Source: Sphyrna mokarran
Taxonomy: Eukaryota
Assembly (NCBI GenBank): GCA_024679065.1
Contig: JAGIQG010000014.1
Span: forward strand, 76,012,001-76,076,000
DNA: 64,000 nt
Direction of reading: 5' to 3'
Part shown: one piece after another, positions 24,891-39,279 of the stretch
Position numbering within the stretch: the stretch's first letter is position 1
Layout of the letters: each line of letters begins with the position of its first letter
Notes under the pieces: generated by a model
The model's database searches: none
What the model was told of the DNA's origin: nothing
The model's input: the letters and a program-made list of their open reading frames with translations, nothing else
Translations under genes and position numbers: made by a program

Positions 24891-25136
24891 TTTCAGAAAT
24901 AAATCAATCCGATAGGCATAGGATCAGGTACCAATGGTAAGAAAAAAAGGAATGATCATTCATGGACCAGCAAGAGGATCTCAGCAATAAGAGGAAGTAA
25001 CAGAACAATTTGAAAATTGAGAAGTACTTGGTAGTTCGTGGTTTCAAGGCTTCAAAACTTATTTTGCGTCACAATATATGTATTATTGATCAATAGTACG
25101 TATGCTTCTTTAGAAGCTGAAAGGTGATCATGATGA

Positions 25137-25436
25137 TTTTTTTTTTTAAGAGCAACACAGCACGGGAAACAGGCCCTTCGGCCCCAACGAGCCCGCGCCG
25201 CCGTCATAACTATATAGTAGCAATTCCACTATCCTATTGTAGATTTAGGTTATTCCTAATATGGAAGACTCTCACTATAGGGACAATTTGTTTCCCAATC
25301 AGTCTAAGAGCGAATTTTTGGGTTGTGGGAGGAAACCGGAGTGCCCGGAGAAAACCCACGCAACCACGGGGAGAACGCGCAAACTCCCGCAGACACCGGC
25401 CCAATTCCAAGTGTCTGCACCGCCACATCGATGGAC
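25137..25436 (-). mobile_element. Young V-domain-bearing retroelement (same family as 9391-9779), unique to this unit
   Basis: Reverse complement closely matches ~9475-9763; absent at the paralogous site ~39810; A-rich tail. Confidence 0.85.
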
Positions 25437-25936
25437 ATTGGTCTCTGGGGTTAGGTATGTTCAAACTTCTTAAGTAATTACGTATTTGCTATACGTTAGA
25501 GCAGAGATGGAGGAGTTCCTGTACATGTGCTTTGAGAGATTGAGCTCCACGGATGTAGTTGACAATAACAAAATATTTCACTTGAGTTTAAGAACAGGGG
25601 GTGCTAAATCTACATATCGGAAAATTCATGTGAGGTTCAAGGTTGGAACCCTTCACATGGTAGTGAGGTGTGTCTTGCAGAGTCTGGAGATTATTCAGCA
25701 CTCTATTGAGATGGCTGGCTTGATGCATGGAAAAGAAGTGGTGGATTTTCGAATTGTCAGTGCAGAAATGCACCGTGTTTAGGTAGTGGCAAACTTTCAA
25801 ATTTCCTTAATTAACAGTTGCTTGGGAATTGAAACTATAAGAGTATCATTACGCTTGGATAACACAAACGTAGGAAATAGGGCAGGTCATTCGGCCTTTC
25901 CAGACTGCTCCACAATTCAACATGAGCATGACTGCG

Positions 25937-26245
25937 TGGTTGCACAGTAGTTAGGGCATCAATGTGACACAATGGATGGCACTGCTGCCTTTCAGCATTT
26001 GGATTCGGTTCCTGGCTTGCATCACTTATGGGTGGAATCTGCACATTTCCCTGTGTCTCCGTGGGTTTCCTCTGGGTGATCTGGTTTCCTCCCACAGTCC
26101 AAAAGTGTGTTGGTTAGATGGATTGGCTTTGATAAATTACTCTTCATTGTCCCCGAACTGGCGCCGATGTTTGGCAATTAGGGGATTTTCACAGTTACTT
26201 CATTGTAGTGTTAAGTTAGCCTATATGTGACACTAAAAAATAAAA
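25937..26245 (+). mobile_element. V-SINE with non-CR1 tail
   Basis: V-domain gtgtctccgtgggtttcctctgggtg...ggtttcctcccacagtccaaaag; tail ggattttcacagttacttcattgtagtg. Confidence 0.78.
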
Positions 26246-26459
26246 TGTCTCGAAACCACATTCCCTATACATTAATTCCTTGAAATTCTAGAAACCCATA
26301 TTTTTCCTCCTTAAATATATTCGGTGACTTGGCCTTCACCGCCTTCTGTTGTAGAGAATTCCAATGTTCACCGCCCTCTGAGTTAAGAAGTTTGTCTTCA
26401 TCTCAGTCGTAAATGCTCCATCCCATAGCTTAAAATTGTGGCAAACACAATTCCACAGG

Positions 26460-26785
26460 CTCCAGCACAGTGGCATTGTGGGTAGAACTGCTCCGTTACA
26501 GATCCAGAGACCCGGATTCATTTCTGGACATGAGTGACTGTTAGTATGGTTTTGTACATTCTCCCCGTGTCTGCGTGAGTTCCTTCGGTTTCCTCCACAG
26601 TTGGCAGATGTGCAGCTTATGTGGATTGGTCATGCTAAATTGTCCCTCGGTGTCTCAAAATGTGTGATTTAAGCGGATGAGCGGTGTGAATATGTGGAGT
26701 TACTGGAATACGGCAGAGGGCTGAGAGTGGGTATGACTCTGTCAGAGATCAGTGCAGACTCAAGGAGTCAAATGTCATCCTTCTG
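26460..26785 (+). mobile_element. V-SINE (ortholog of 3580-3927) whose tail was split by a CR1 insertion
   Basis: Same flanks as the 3580 copy; the rest of the tail resumes at ~28252 (gcactatagggttgttatgatt). Confidence 0.75.
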
Positions 26786-28249
26786 TAGATTCTGCTCATT
26801 CCTGCAGATTGTAAAACAGCCAATGTGATGCCACTATTTAAAAAAGGAGATAGACCAGAAACGGGTAATTCTAGGCCATTAGCTTAACTTCTGTAGTAGG
26901 GAAAATGCTTGAATCCATCATCAAGGAAGAAATAACGAAACATCTGGATATAAATTGTCCCACTCATAAGACATAGCATGGATTCAAGAAGTACAGGTCA
27001 TATTTGACTGATGTCGTGGAATTCTTTGAGAACATTACATGCGCGATGTACAATGTGGAACCTGTGGATGTGGTGTATGTAGATTTTCAGAAGGCATTTG
27101 ACAAGATGCCACACCAAAGACTGCTGTATAAGATAAAGGTACACAGTGTCAGTGATAATGTATTAGCATTGAAAGAGGATTGGTTAACTAACAGAAAGCA
27201 AAAGTGGGCGTAAATAGATGTTTTTCTGGTTGGCGATCAGTGACGAGTGGTGTGCCTCAGGGATCAGTGCTAGGAGAGAAACTGTTAATGAGTTATATCG
27301 CTAATTTAGAGTTCGGGACCAAGCACAGTGTGTCAAAATTCGCAGATGACAGTCGACGAATGGCAGAGCAAAGTGCGCAGGCGACACTGAAAGTCTGCAA
27401 AGGGATATAGATAGTCAAAGTGAATGGGAAAGTGTGTCGTAGATTGAATACAATGTTGGCAGATGAGGTTATCCACTTTGTAGGAATAACAGCAAAATGG
27501 ACTATTATTTAAATGATAAAAAATTGCAGCATGCTGCTGTGCTGGGTGCCCATGTGCAAGAATCAGAAGGAGTTATTTTACGGGTACAGCAAGTAATTAA
27601 GAAGGCAAATGGAATTTTGTCCATCATTGCTAGGGGAATGGAGTTTAAAAACAACAACACTATTTTGTAGTGAATAAGGTGTTGGTGAGGCCACACCTGC
27701 TATACTGTGTACAGTTTTGGTCTCCTGACTTGAAAAAGGATGTACTGGCACTGGAGGGTTTGCAGAAGAAATTCATTAGGTTGATGGCGGCGTTGAGAGC
27801 GTCAGCTTGTGAGGACAGACTGAGTACTGTGGGCTACACACATTGGAATTCAGAAGAATGAGGTGAGATCTTATAGAAACACATAAGATTATGAAGGGAG
27901 TAGATAAGATCGAAACAAGAAAGTTATTTCCACTGGCGGCTAAAACTAGAACTAGGGCGCATAACCTCAAAATAAGGGGGAGCAGATTTAGGACTGAGTT
28001 GAGGAGGAACATCTTCACACAAAGGATTGTGAATCTGTGGAATTCCGTGCCCAGTGAAGCAGTTGAGGCTGCCTCATTGGATGTTTTTACGGTAAGGGTA
28101 CGTAAATGTTTGAACAGTAAAAGATGCAAAGATTATTGTGGGCAGGCGGGTAAGTGGAGCTGAATCCACAAAAAGATCAGCCTTATTGAATGGCGGAGCA
28201 GGCTCGACGTGCCAGATGGTTTATTCCTGCTCCTAGTTCTTATGTTCAT
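26786..28249 (+). mobile_element. CR1 LINE, 5'-truncated, degenerate RT
   Basis: Remnants VDVVYVDFQKAFDKMPH, WRSVTSGVPQGSVLG, SKFADD, VRPHLLYCVQFWSP, FTQRIVNLWNSVP; tail gttcttatgttc. Confidence 0.9.
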
Positions 28250-28864
28250 AGGCACTATAGGGTTGTTATGATTGTTCCAGAACTCCCAGGCAGAAGGAAT
28301 ATTATCCATACACACTTTCATCCTGTCTGTGCCAAATTCCCATAGGTTCTAATTTGATCCCCTCTCATCCTTCTAAATTGCAATGAATATCGACCTAGGT
28401 GACCCAATGGCTCTTCATACGACGATATTTACCTCCCAGGAATCAGTCTGGAGAACTTTCACTGCACTCCCTCGATAACACGCAAGGAGGCCAAAACTGT
28501 ACAGACTATTCCAGCTATGTCACCAACGTCCTGCAGAGCTGCAGTCAGAAATCCTTACTATTCTACTCAAGTCATTCTGCTATAGAGGCCAACATGCCGG
28601 CTCTATTCTTTACTGTTTGCTGTTTATAACTTGAACTATCAGTAAAATTCAGTAAAAAAGACCATTGAATCATGTGACAGCAGAGGTTCTCCTTTTCTCA
28701 TTTCTTTTGTCGTCTGTTGCAAACAATAAAATATTCGCTATGATTCAGTCTCAGAGATATTGATGGCGTCAGAGGAATGTACAAAATTTTGACAGAAAAT
28801 CTTGATCCAATTTTCAATTGTACAACAATAAATCGAAGCAACTGCGCTGATTTCAGAAAGTCTA

Positions 28865-29060
28865 GCTTTAAGAAATGCCGCTAATTTCATTGGATGAATT
28901 TCAATATGTTTCTGTTCACCAATCAGAAGCTGAGCTGTAATTAGAGATCTGGACTGCCCCCTTCACTACCCACCCACCATCTCGCACCATCAGAGGCAGT
29001 GTAACATTGGATAGCGAACAGCTCGGCAGCATTTCTGCACGAATCTACTGGCAATTTTTG
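28865..29060 (+). promoter_or_regulatory. Conserved promoter block of g6
   Basis: Same motif series upstream of ATG 29225. Confidence 0.75.
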
Positions 29061-29224
29061 ACAAAAAGAGAAGATTTAAATGAAATAATTCGAGCAGTTC
29101 CTACAACAATCAGGTATTTGCTACATCGCCGTTGTCTCAGATTTAAATAAATAAATAAATAACTGTGCAAGGATACTGATGTTACGGACACGTTCTGAAA
29201 CAAGGGGAATGTATTTCGCTGGAA

Positions 29225-31693
29225 ATGAGATATAAAATATATTGGTTGATAAAATGCCAATTAGTTTGTTGTGTACTCTCCTCGTGGAATCTAGTGTTTG
29301 GACAGATTCGTTACTCGATTCCTGAAGAACTGCAACTGGGCGCCTTTGTTGGCAATATCGCAGATGATTTGGGTTTAGATATAAAGCAGCTCTCGGCTCG
29401 CAGTTTTCGGATTGTGCCCGGGCCCAGGAAACAATATGTGGATATAAATTTGAACACTGGCGTTTTATTTGTGAAGGAAAAAATTGACAGGGAACAGATT
29501 TGCGGGCCTAGTTTGAGTTGTGTGATATTCCTGGACTGTTTGCTTGAAAATCCCTTAAAGCTGTACCAGGTTACAGTGGAGATTCTCGATGTGAATGACA
29601 ATGCTCCCAGTTTCCCAAAGAAAGAAATCCACCTGGAAATCCCAGAGATATCTACACCGGGAACGCGCTTTCCCCTCGAGTCCGCCTACGATCCGGATAT
29701 TGGAACAAACTCTTTACAAACCTATCAACTCCTTCCCAACGATTATTGCATTCTCGATGTTCAAATGCACAATGGGGTTGAGAAAATGCCAGTATTGGTG
29801 TTGCAGAGTTTGTTGGACAGAGAAACGGAATCCAGCCACATGTTAACCTTAATAGCCAAGGACGGCGGGGTCCCAGTGAGATCGAGCACGGTTCGGGTCT
29901 CAATCATTGTAAAGGATGCAAACGACAACGCTCCTGTTTTTCCACAATCAGTTTACAGAGTCACCCTGTTGGAAAGTGCACCCATTGGAACGCGGGTAAT
30001 TTTATTAAATGCCACTGACATGGACGAGGGATCCAATGGAGAGATAACGTACTCGCTCAGTAGCCATACTTCTGCTGGAGCTCGGGAAATGTTTGATGTG
30101 GATTCTAAAACTGGAGAAATCAGATTGAAAGGCAAACTGGACTACGAAGAAAACAAGGTCTTTCAGATTAGCGTGCAAGCAATGGACAGGGGTCCATACG
30201 CAATACCTGCGCACTGTGATCTATTTGTGGATATTATTGACGTAAATGATAACGCACCTGAGGTGACATTGACATCGTTGTCCAGCACAGTTTCCGAAGA
30301 TGCTCCAGTTGGAACGGTAGTCGCTCTGTTCAGTGCAACAGATAAGGATTCAGGGCAAAATGGGCAAGTACATTGTCAAATTTCACAGAAACTGCCCTTT
30401 AAACTCGATTCTTCTTTGAAGAATTATTATGAATTCTTCGTTCAACATCCACTGGATCGTGAACATACCTCCCAGTATGACGTCACTATTACATGTACGG
30501 ATGCAGGAAATCCTCCTCTGACATCCAAAAAATCTATTCATGTAGAGGTTTCAGATATAAATGACAATGCCCCACGGTTTCCCCAGTCTTCATACACTGA
30601 AAGCGTCATGGAGAACAATGTTATTGGCGCTTCTATATTTTCTATTTCAGCCTCAGATCCAGATGTTGGACTGAATGCTCGACTTAAATACTCTATCCTG
30701 GAGACACAAGTTGAGAATGCCTCGGTGTCCACTTATGTGTCAATTGACAAGGAGACTGGTGTCATATTCGCTCAGAGGTCTTTTGACTTCGAAAAATTGA
30801 AAAACTTTCAGATCAAAGCTCGAGTCATGGACTCTGGAACCCCACCACTCGCCAGCAATGTCTCAGTGAATGTTATTATCCTTGATCAGAATGACAATGT
30901 TCCAGTGATCGTGCACCCAGTAGCCGAGTATGGCTCTATTGTAACAGAGACAATATCCAGGTTTGCAGAACCGGGCTACTTGGTTGCCAAAGTATCGGCC
31001 ACTGATGCTGATGCCGGTCAGAACGCACGTCTTTCTTATTCTTTCTTTCAGGCTATCCAGCAGAACCTTTTTACTATTTCACCAGACACTGGGGAAATTT
31101 GGACTATCCGGCGTATTCAGAATAAAGACGCTTCTGAGCAAAGACTGGTGATTGTGGTAAAAGACAATGGAACACCATCGCTTTCTGCCACAGTGACCAT
31201 CATCTTATCTGTGGTGGGTGGTGACACTGAAAAATTCTCCGGAATCAGTGGATCGTCTGAAGATCCGGGGCTTATTCCTGATTTGAGCTTTTATTTGGTC
31301 ATAGCATTAGGAGTAATTTCTGGCATTTTTCTCGTGATTTTAATTATCCTCGCTATAAAAATTCACCAAAGCAGAAATGTTTTGGGAGTTCAATCCTGTT
31401 CTCCGGGTGTTTGTTGCTGTTCTGAAATGAGGCATTCTCTTAATGGAATTCAAAAGGCCAGTAGAAATCTTCAGATACCACCCAACTATGTTGAGGTATT
31501 TGGGGGAGATCCACTTTCTCAGATTTTCCGCTATGAGTCATGTTCAACTTTGCAGTCAACAAAGAGAGATGTCTTAACCCTCAACAGATGCGGATTATCA
31601 ACAGACAAGAATTATCTGCGCAATGAGTCTGTGAGGAAAGAACATCAGGGAATGATTAATTCTGAAAGCTATACCAACCCTTCAAATACCGAG
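29225..31693 (+). CDS. g6: clustered protocadherin variable exon
   Basis: ORF 29225..31771; GAG|GTGAGG donor at 31693/31694. Confidence 0.96.
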
Positions 31694-32659
31694 GTGAGGC
31701 GCAATTACAAAGTGAATGACATCATCTCAGACAAAATGTTTTTGGGGTTTAAGAATATGCTACTTCAATAGGGTGGAAGTGATACCTGAACTAGGTTATG
31801 CAGTTTCCTACAATATTTCGATTTCCTGTCGCTATCCCTTTGTCGCCCTTTGTTGTCAATGGTATCTTACAGGTTGCATTTACTTTGTTTTGTTATTATG
31901 AATAATTTATTATCAAGCCCAGATTCAATTTTCTTCCAGGAATTCACTTCATCTGTTGACGTTTTTTAAAACTCTTGGTATTTATTTTAATCAAGGGGAA
32001 ATTTGACTTCGTCCCAGGTGCTGTAAACTTGTAAATGTAACTATCATTTGAGGAACTTTTTGCTTTCACAGGACCGTGCAAGTACAGCATATTTCAATTG
32101 ATACTAGAATCCTGATTCCTCACTGCTCCTGCAAAACACATGCTTTATTTCTCGTCGTCATGGTCTCAGTGTATTAATTCTTATTTATTAAAATCAACGT
32201 GTCCCCCTTTGAATGTCGGGCCATTCCAAATTGATCAGTTAGACCTATATCATTGTTAAGGAAGGCTTTCAATTGACGTTTGATTGCAGATCTGACGCGA
32301 GACTGCTCCTGATTTTTTTTTATGACAGACTGGTTCGTTGAAATGTGAATTGGTTTGGTGCTAGAAGTCTAAAGCTGTATTCCTCTAACGCAATAGAATC
32401 TTATCAATTTGGGGTGCTCCAATATTCTAAAGCACCCGGATGTTAATTGGTTGGAACTGCTAGCCTGAGGTTATAACAATTAGGTTCTAATCAATTTCAC
32501 AATATTAGGTTGAAGTTCCTATTAGTTTTCAAGAAAGCTATCCTTTAACTGAACTGTTATATGCATGCTCAGTTTTCCTGGCAAAATACTTATACTTGCA
32601 CATTTAAAGTGTGTGCAATGAAGTCAAAACTTCCCTTTCATTTTAATTTCGAAAGTTAC

Positions 32660-33430
32660 AGATCTATGACCATCACTGTTTCTCATGGACCAGTGCTAGG
32701 TCCAATATTGTTTGTGATTTGTAAATGATTTGAATAAGAACACAGGAGGCGTGGTTAGTAAATTTGTGGATGACATTAAATCTTGGTCAACTATGCCAAA
32801 GGGTCGCGGAATGACAGATGGAGCTAATTCAGATAAATGTGAGGTGTTGCATTATGGTAGGACTTATACAGTTAGTGTTAGGGCCCTGGGGATTGTTGGC
32901 AGAGAGACCTAGAATTGCAGGTACGTACTTTATTGCAAGTGACATCAGAGGTAAATAGAGTGTTAAAGAGAGCGTTTGGCACCTTTGCCCTCATCGGTTA
33001 ACAGAATTAAGTACAGGGTTGCAACCACATTTCAACCACACAAGATGTCAATAAGGTTATATTTGGAGTACTGTGTACATTTCTGGTCCCTCTGCTATGG
33101 GAAGAGTGTTGTTAAATTGGAAATGGTGCAAAAACGATTTACAAGGATTTTACTGGGCCTGGAATGTTTGAATTATAAGGAGAGATTGGATAGGCTGGGA
33201 CTTATATCCCTAGAGTGTAGGAGGAAGAGGAGTGATCTTATAGAGGTTTGTAAAATCATAGACAATGTGAATAGCCAAGGTCTTCCCAGGATAAAGGAGT
33301 CCAAAACTAGAGGTTTAAGGTGAGAGGTGAAAATTAAAAAGGGACCTAACAGGTCACAGTTTCACACAAAGTGTGTTGCATATATGAAATAAGCTATAAG
33401 TCGGGCTGAGAGGCCTGTTTTCGTGCTGTG
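32660..33430 (+). mobile_element. Degenerate CR1 LINE fragment (paralog of 8451-9385)
   Basis: ORF 32976..33323 LEYCVHFWSLCY...KRFTRIL. Confidence 0.85.
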
Positions 33431-33769
33431 GATTTCTAAAAATCTAGCACTCTACAACTAACTGACATATTCTTCATAGATTATTTCTTGAATGCTGGCT
33501 TTTCACGATGATTGTAAATTGTATCATTTACACAATGTAGCCATGTAATTGCTTCCCTCAGGAATGCCTAGTTCTATGAGTACTTTGTCATATCAAATCA
33601 AGAATCTTAGAATGGCATCTAGAAATTATAGAAATATTTTATTAAACTATGGATACATATAATGTAAACCAAATTAAACTAATGAAAGGAAAAACTGCAA
33701 TGATCATACATCGAACAGCTACATGATCTTAGCAACGAGAAAGAGGTAGTAACAATGCCAATAAACAAT

Positions 33770-33978
33770 CCTTTCCAGGCCCTGTAACCCTGCTAATCCC
33801 TCTGGTCAGCTTACCATAGCCAATCAAACTAACGACCAGATCTTTCAACTGTGGGAGGAAACTCCCGCAGACACAGGGCAAATGTGCAAACTCCACACAG
33901 ATTGTGACCCGTGGCTGAAATTGAACCCAGATCCTTTGCGCTGTGAGGCAGCAATGCTAACCACTGTGCCACCGTGCC
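33770..33978 (-). mobile_element. V-SINE (paralog of 10135-10350)
   Basis: Same head and V-domain in the same flanks. Confidence 0.78.
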
Positions 33979-34374
33979 ATCTTCAACGATCAAAAAGTTG
34001 CAGTATATATCTTTTAAACTGATGAGCAGCACAAATGAAATTGACAGCAATAAAGTATTGAACTTGAATGTAAGAACAGAGAGTGCTGAACATACAATTC
34101 TGTTTATTCATGCAACGTTCAGATTAGAACACTTATTCACAGAATGTTAAGGTTTGTGCTGCAGAGTATAGAGATTATTTTAGATCCAAAAACGTTCTAT
34201 TAAGATGACTTTGTTCATGCCTGGAAGAGAAGCAGAGGATTTTGAAATTGATACGACAGTAATGCCCAGTGTTTAATTGTATCAAGAGCAAGGGAAATGT
34301 GCAGATTTGGTGATAGTTAGCAGCTCCTTGGGAATAGAAGCTCACAACTGAATCATCATGCTTGGATAATACAG

Positions 34375-35040
34375 AGATACAAAATAGGACCACGGCTGAT
34401 CAATTATCTCTCCCCATGCTCCTTGATGACTGCCGATTCTATAGCCTATATTATTCCTCCCTGAATATATTCACCGAGTTAGCACCCAGAGCCTTCTTCA
34501 ATAGAAAATTCCATAGGTTTACCACACTCCCGGTGAAGACCTTTCTTCTCATCTGAAACCTAAATGGCCTACTCCATATCTTGAGACTACATTTCTCTTA
34601 GTGGCCCCTTGGTCTAGATTTAACCCCACCCTCCACTCTCCCCCTCCCCTCGCCCCCATCCCCCATACCTCATCTCTCCCCCACCTCCCACCCACAACAT
34701 TCGCTAAATTCGACAGGAGAAACATCAACCATGCACCCATTCTTCCTATCACTGTAACGTTGTGGTACGATTCAATTAAATCCACTCTTGTCTTTCTGAA
34801 TGGCAGCAATACAGGCTTAGTTGGCCCAATATCTTCCCGTAAGACGGTACCTCCACCCCAAGAATTTGTCTATTGAACATATGTTGCACTCCCTCGATGG
34901 TATGTATACAATATTTCTTTGGTAAGAAGACGAAAAATACATGCCATGCAGCAAGTGTAGTGTCGCCAAAACCCTGTACAGCTGCAGGAGAAAATATTTC
35001 TCCTGCACTCAAGTCCGTCTGCAATGAAGACCAACATGAT
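34375..35040 (-). mobile_element. Old CR1 LINE 3' fragment (paralog of 10735-11410)
   Basis: Same sequence and position upstream of the promoter. Confidence 0.72.
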
Positions 35041-35304
35041 CGTTCCTTTTTCAGCTTCTGTAAATCTAACTATTAATAAAATTCAAATATTGACACCGAA
35101 GACCCATGCTGACACTGAAAGTTACTTTTTGTTATCTTTTCCGTCATGTATTCTGTAAAGATTATTTTAAGGCATTTAGTGTAATGCAATTTCAGAGATA
35201 TTTTGGCAACGCAGTGATATTTACAGTATTGACACAAAATCGTGGTTCCATTTTTAATTGTGCAACAAAAAATCTTAGGAGCCCTGTCTATTTCAGACCT
35301 TTCT

Positions 35305-35500
35305 GCTTTAAGAAATAAACAGTAATGTTATAGGTTGAATTTTAATACGTTTCTGTTCACCAATCGGAAAGTGAGATGTAATTGGGGATCCGGACTGCCC
35401 CCTTCACTACCCATCCACCATCACGCACGATCAGATGCAGTGTTACATTGGATAGCGAGCAGCTCGGCAGCATTTGTGCACGAATCCACTGGCAATTTTA
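35305..35500 (+). promoter_or_regulatory. Conserved promoter block of g7
   Basis: Same motif series; the first ATTGG is mutated to ATAGG. Confidence 0.72.
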
Positions 35501-35667
35501 GACAAAAAACAAAAGATTTTACTGAAATAACCCCAGCGATTCAAACAACAATCAGGTATTAATTGAATCTTATTTTTTTCTAGTTTTGAAATGTATTGAT
35601 CTAAATGTAAAAAGAGAATTGATGGTACGGACACGTTCTGAAACAAGGCGAATGTATTTCGCTGGAA

Positions 35668-38136
35668 ATGAGATATAAAATATATTGGTTGCTAAAATGC
35701 CAATTATTTTATTGTGTATTCTCCTCGTGGAATCTAGTGTTTGGGCAGATTCGTTACTCGATTCCTGAAGAACTGCAAATGGGCGCCTTTGTTGGCAATA
35801 TCGCAGATGATTTGGATTTAGATATAAAGCAGCTCTCGGCTCGCAGTTTTCGGATTGTGCCCGGGCCCAGGAAACAATACGTGGATATAAATTTGAACAC
35901 TGGCGTTTTATTTGTGAAGGAGAAAATTGACAGGGAACAGATTTGCGGGCCTAGTTCGAGTTGTGTGATATCCTTGGACTGTTTGCTTGAAAATCCCTTA
36001 AAGCTGTACCAGGTTACAGTGGAGATTCTCGATGTGAATGACAATGCTCCCACTTTCCCAAAGAAACAAATCCGCCTGGAAATACCAGAGACGTCTTTAT
36101 CGGGAAGGCGCTTTCCCCTCGAGTCCGCACACGATCCGGATATTGGAACAAATTCCTTGCAAATCTATGAGCTTCTCCCAAATGATTGTTTCATTCTCGA
36201 TGTGCAGGTGAGCGATGGGGTTGAAAAAATCCCAGTATTAGTGCTGCAGGGTTCCCTGGACAGGGAAACGGAATCCAGCCACATGTTAACGTTAATAGCC
36301 AAGGACGGCGGGATCCCTGTGAGATCGGGCACAATTCAAATCTCTATCGTCGTAAACGACGCAAATGACAACCCCCCTGTCTTTCCCCAGTCAGTTTACA
36401 GAGTCACCCTATTGGAAAGTGCACCCACAGGAACGCGAGTAATTACATTAAATGCCACTGACCCGGACGAAGGTCCCAATGGAGAGATAATGTACTCGAT
36501 CAGTAGCCACACTTCTGCGGGAGCTCGGGAAATGTTTGACGTGGATTCCATAACTGGTGAAATCAGATTGAAAGGGAAATTGGACTATGAACAGAACAAG
36601 TCTTTCAAGATTAGCATACAAGCAATGGACAAGGGTCCATACGCAATACCTGAGCATTGTGATCTGTTTGTGGATATTGTTGATGTGAATGATAATGCAC
36701 CTGAGGTAACATTGACATCGTTGTCCGGCACAGTTTCGGAAGATGCTCCAGTTGGAACGGTAGTCGCTCTGTTCAGTGCAGCAGATAAAGATTCAGAGCA
36801 AAATGGGCAGGTACACTGTCAAATTTCACAGAAACTTCCATTTAAACTCGATTCTTCTTTGAAGAATTATTATGAATTACTTGTTCAACATCCACTGGAC
36901 CGTGAAAAAGCCTTCCAGTATGACGTCACTATAACATGCACGGATGCAGGAAATCCTCCTCTGACATCCAAAAAAAATATTAGAGTAGATGTTTCAGATG
37001 TAAATGACAATGCCCCACGGTTTACCCAATCTTCATACACAGCAAGCGTCACGGAGAACAACGTTATTGGTGCTTCTATATTTTCCATTACGGCCTTAGA
37101 TTCAGATGTTGGACAGAACGCTCGATTTAAATACTCTATCTTGGAGACACAAGTTGAAAATGCCTCGGTGTCCACTTACATCTCAATTAACTCGGAGACT
37201 GGAGACATATTCGCACAGAGAACATTTGACTACGAGAAATTGAAAAACTTTCAGATCCATGTTCACGTCGTGGACTCTGGAGACCCGCCACTCGCCAGTA
37301 ATGTCTCAGTGAATGTTATTATCCTTGATCAGAATGACAATGTTCCAGTGATCGTGCACCCATTGGCCGAATATGGTTCAACGGTAGCAGAGACAATATC
37401 CAGGTTTGCAGAACCAGGCTATTTGGTTGCGAAGGTATCGGCCACTGATGCTGACGCAGGTCAGAACGCACGTCTTTCCTATTCCTTTTTTCAAGCTGCC
37501 CAGCATAATCTTTTTACTATTTCACCAGACACTGGGGAAATTTGGACTATCCGACGTATTGAGAATAAAGATGCCTCTAAGCAAAGATTGGTGATTGTGG
37601 TAAAAGACAATGGAACACCATCACTTTCTGCCACAGTGACCATCATCGTAACTGTGGTTGGTGGAGATACCGAAACATTCTCCAACATCAGTGGATCGTC
37701 TGAACATCCAGTGTTCCCACCTGATTTGAGCTTTTCCTTGGTTATAGCATTAGGAGTAATTTCTGGCATTTTTCTGGTGATTTTAATTATTCTTGCCTTG
37801 AAGGTTCATCAAAACAGAAGTGCATTGGGAGGCCGGTATTGTTCTCTGGGTATTTGTTGCTGTTTTGAAACAAGACATTCTCTGAATGGAATTCAAAAGG
37901 CTAGTAGAAATCTTCAAATACCACCCAACTATGTTGAGGTATTCGGGGGTGATCCACTTTCTCAGAGTTTCCGCTATGAGTCATGTTCAACATTGCAGTC
38001 AACAAAGAGAGACTTCATAACGCCTAGCGCATGCAGGTCGTCCACAGACAAAAACTATTTCCACAATGAGGCTGTGAGGAAAGAAAACCCAGTAATGATT
38101 AATTCCGAAAACTACATCAATCATGCAAACACCAAG
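35668..38136 (+). CDS. g7: clustered protocadherin variable exon
   Basis: ORF 35668..38226; AAG|GTGAGG donor at 38136/38137. Confidence 0.96.
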
Positions 38137-39279
38137 GTGAGGCACACTTTAAAAGTGAACAACGTATTTACAAATTTCTTTATGATATGCACAACTTTTG
38201 TGAGGAACAAGGGTCTGTTTATTTGAATAGCATGGGCAGAATTGCCTGATGCAGAATTTTCTGCAATATTTCAATTTCCTGCCAGCATTTGTTTGTTACT
38301 GCTATGTCGAGGGTATCTTGCAGATTGTATTTAGATTGTTTTGTGATCGTATTAACTTATTGTCAACGCAGGTCAAAGTTTGTTCACTCATGTCCCCTGT
38401 TGGCGCTTTTTAATCTCTTGGATTTTATTTAAATCGAAGAGAAAGTTGACTTTGTTCCATGCGTTGCAAACCTTTGAATGTATCTAATTTAAGGGGAACG
38501 CTCTGCATTCATGAAAGCGTGCCAGTGTAGAACACTTTCATTGATAATTGTACAGAAAATTTCCACACTGCTCCTGTAAATCGTTTGTTTAATTTCTAGT
38601 ATGACCTCAGCGTGTTTGTTCTGAGCAATATCAGCGTGTCTCTTTCTGATTGTCGGATTATTACAAATTGATCAACTAGTCTTTTTAATGAAGACTGTCA
38701 ATGGACATTTGACAGCAGTCCAGCAGCGAGACTGTCCTGGTTTCCCATCTCAGTTTATCTACCAGCAATGAAAATTGACTTGATGCCAGAAGTCTAAGTG
38801 ATTTTTCTCCGCAATACAATTGGCTTTGATCAATTTGGGATGATCCGACATTCTCTAATACCCTGATGCGGATTGGTTGGAAATAATACACTGAGGCTAT
38901 AACATTTAGCACCTAATCAACTGTACGGTATTTGGCTAAAATTCATAATCTATTATTACAGAAACTATCTTTAATGCTCAGAGTTCCTTCAAGATACTTA
39001 CATTTGTGCATTTAGAGTGCGTGCAACAAAGTCAGCATTTTTCACCCATTAAATTTACAAAGTTGCAGGGGAAATTCCTGCCATATTCTTCGTGAATCAT
39101 TTCTTGGATGCCAAAATTCCAGAGCATTTGTAAATCGTGTGATATATATAGCATAACCATGTAATTGATTCTCTCATTGACGCATAGTCTGTGAGTACCT
39201 TGTCATTTCAATGAAACATCGTTACTTTTAGACTGATACTTAACAATGAGGAAGATATTGCATTAACCTATGAAATGGT

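Noticed and set aside
25486-25782. Intergenic + strand ORFs with a shared ...DNNKI(L/F)(N/H)LS.R... frame (also ~19205, ~39856, ~57493)
   Set aside because: Same duplicated intergenic segment; other copies carry stops and frameshifts, starts are inconsistent and I recognise no domain. A profile search of the consensus would settle whether it is an ancient TE relic.
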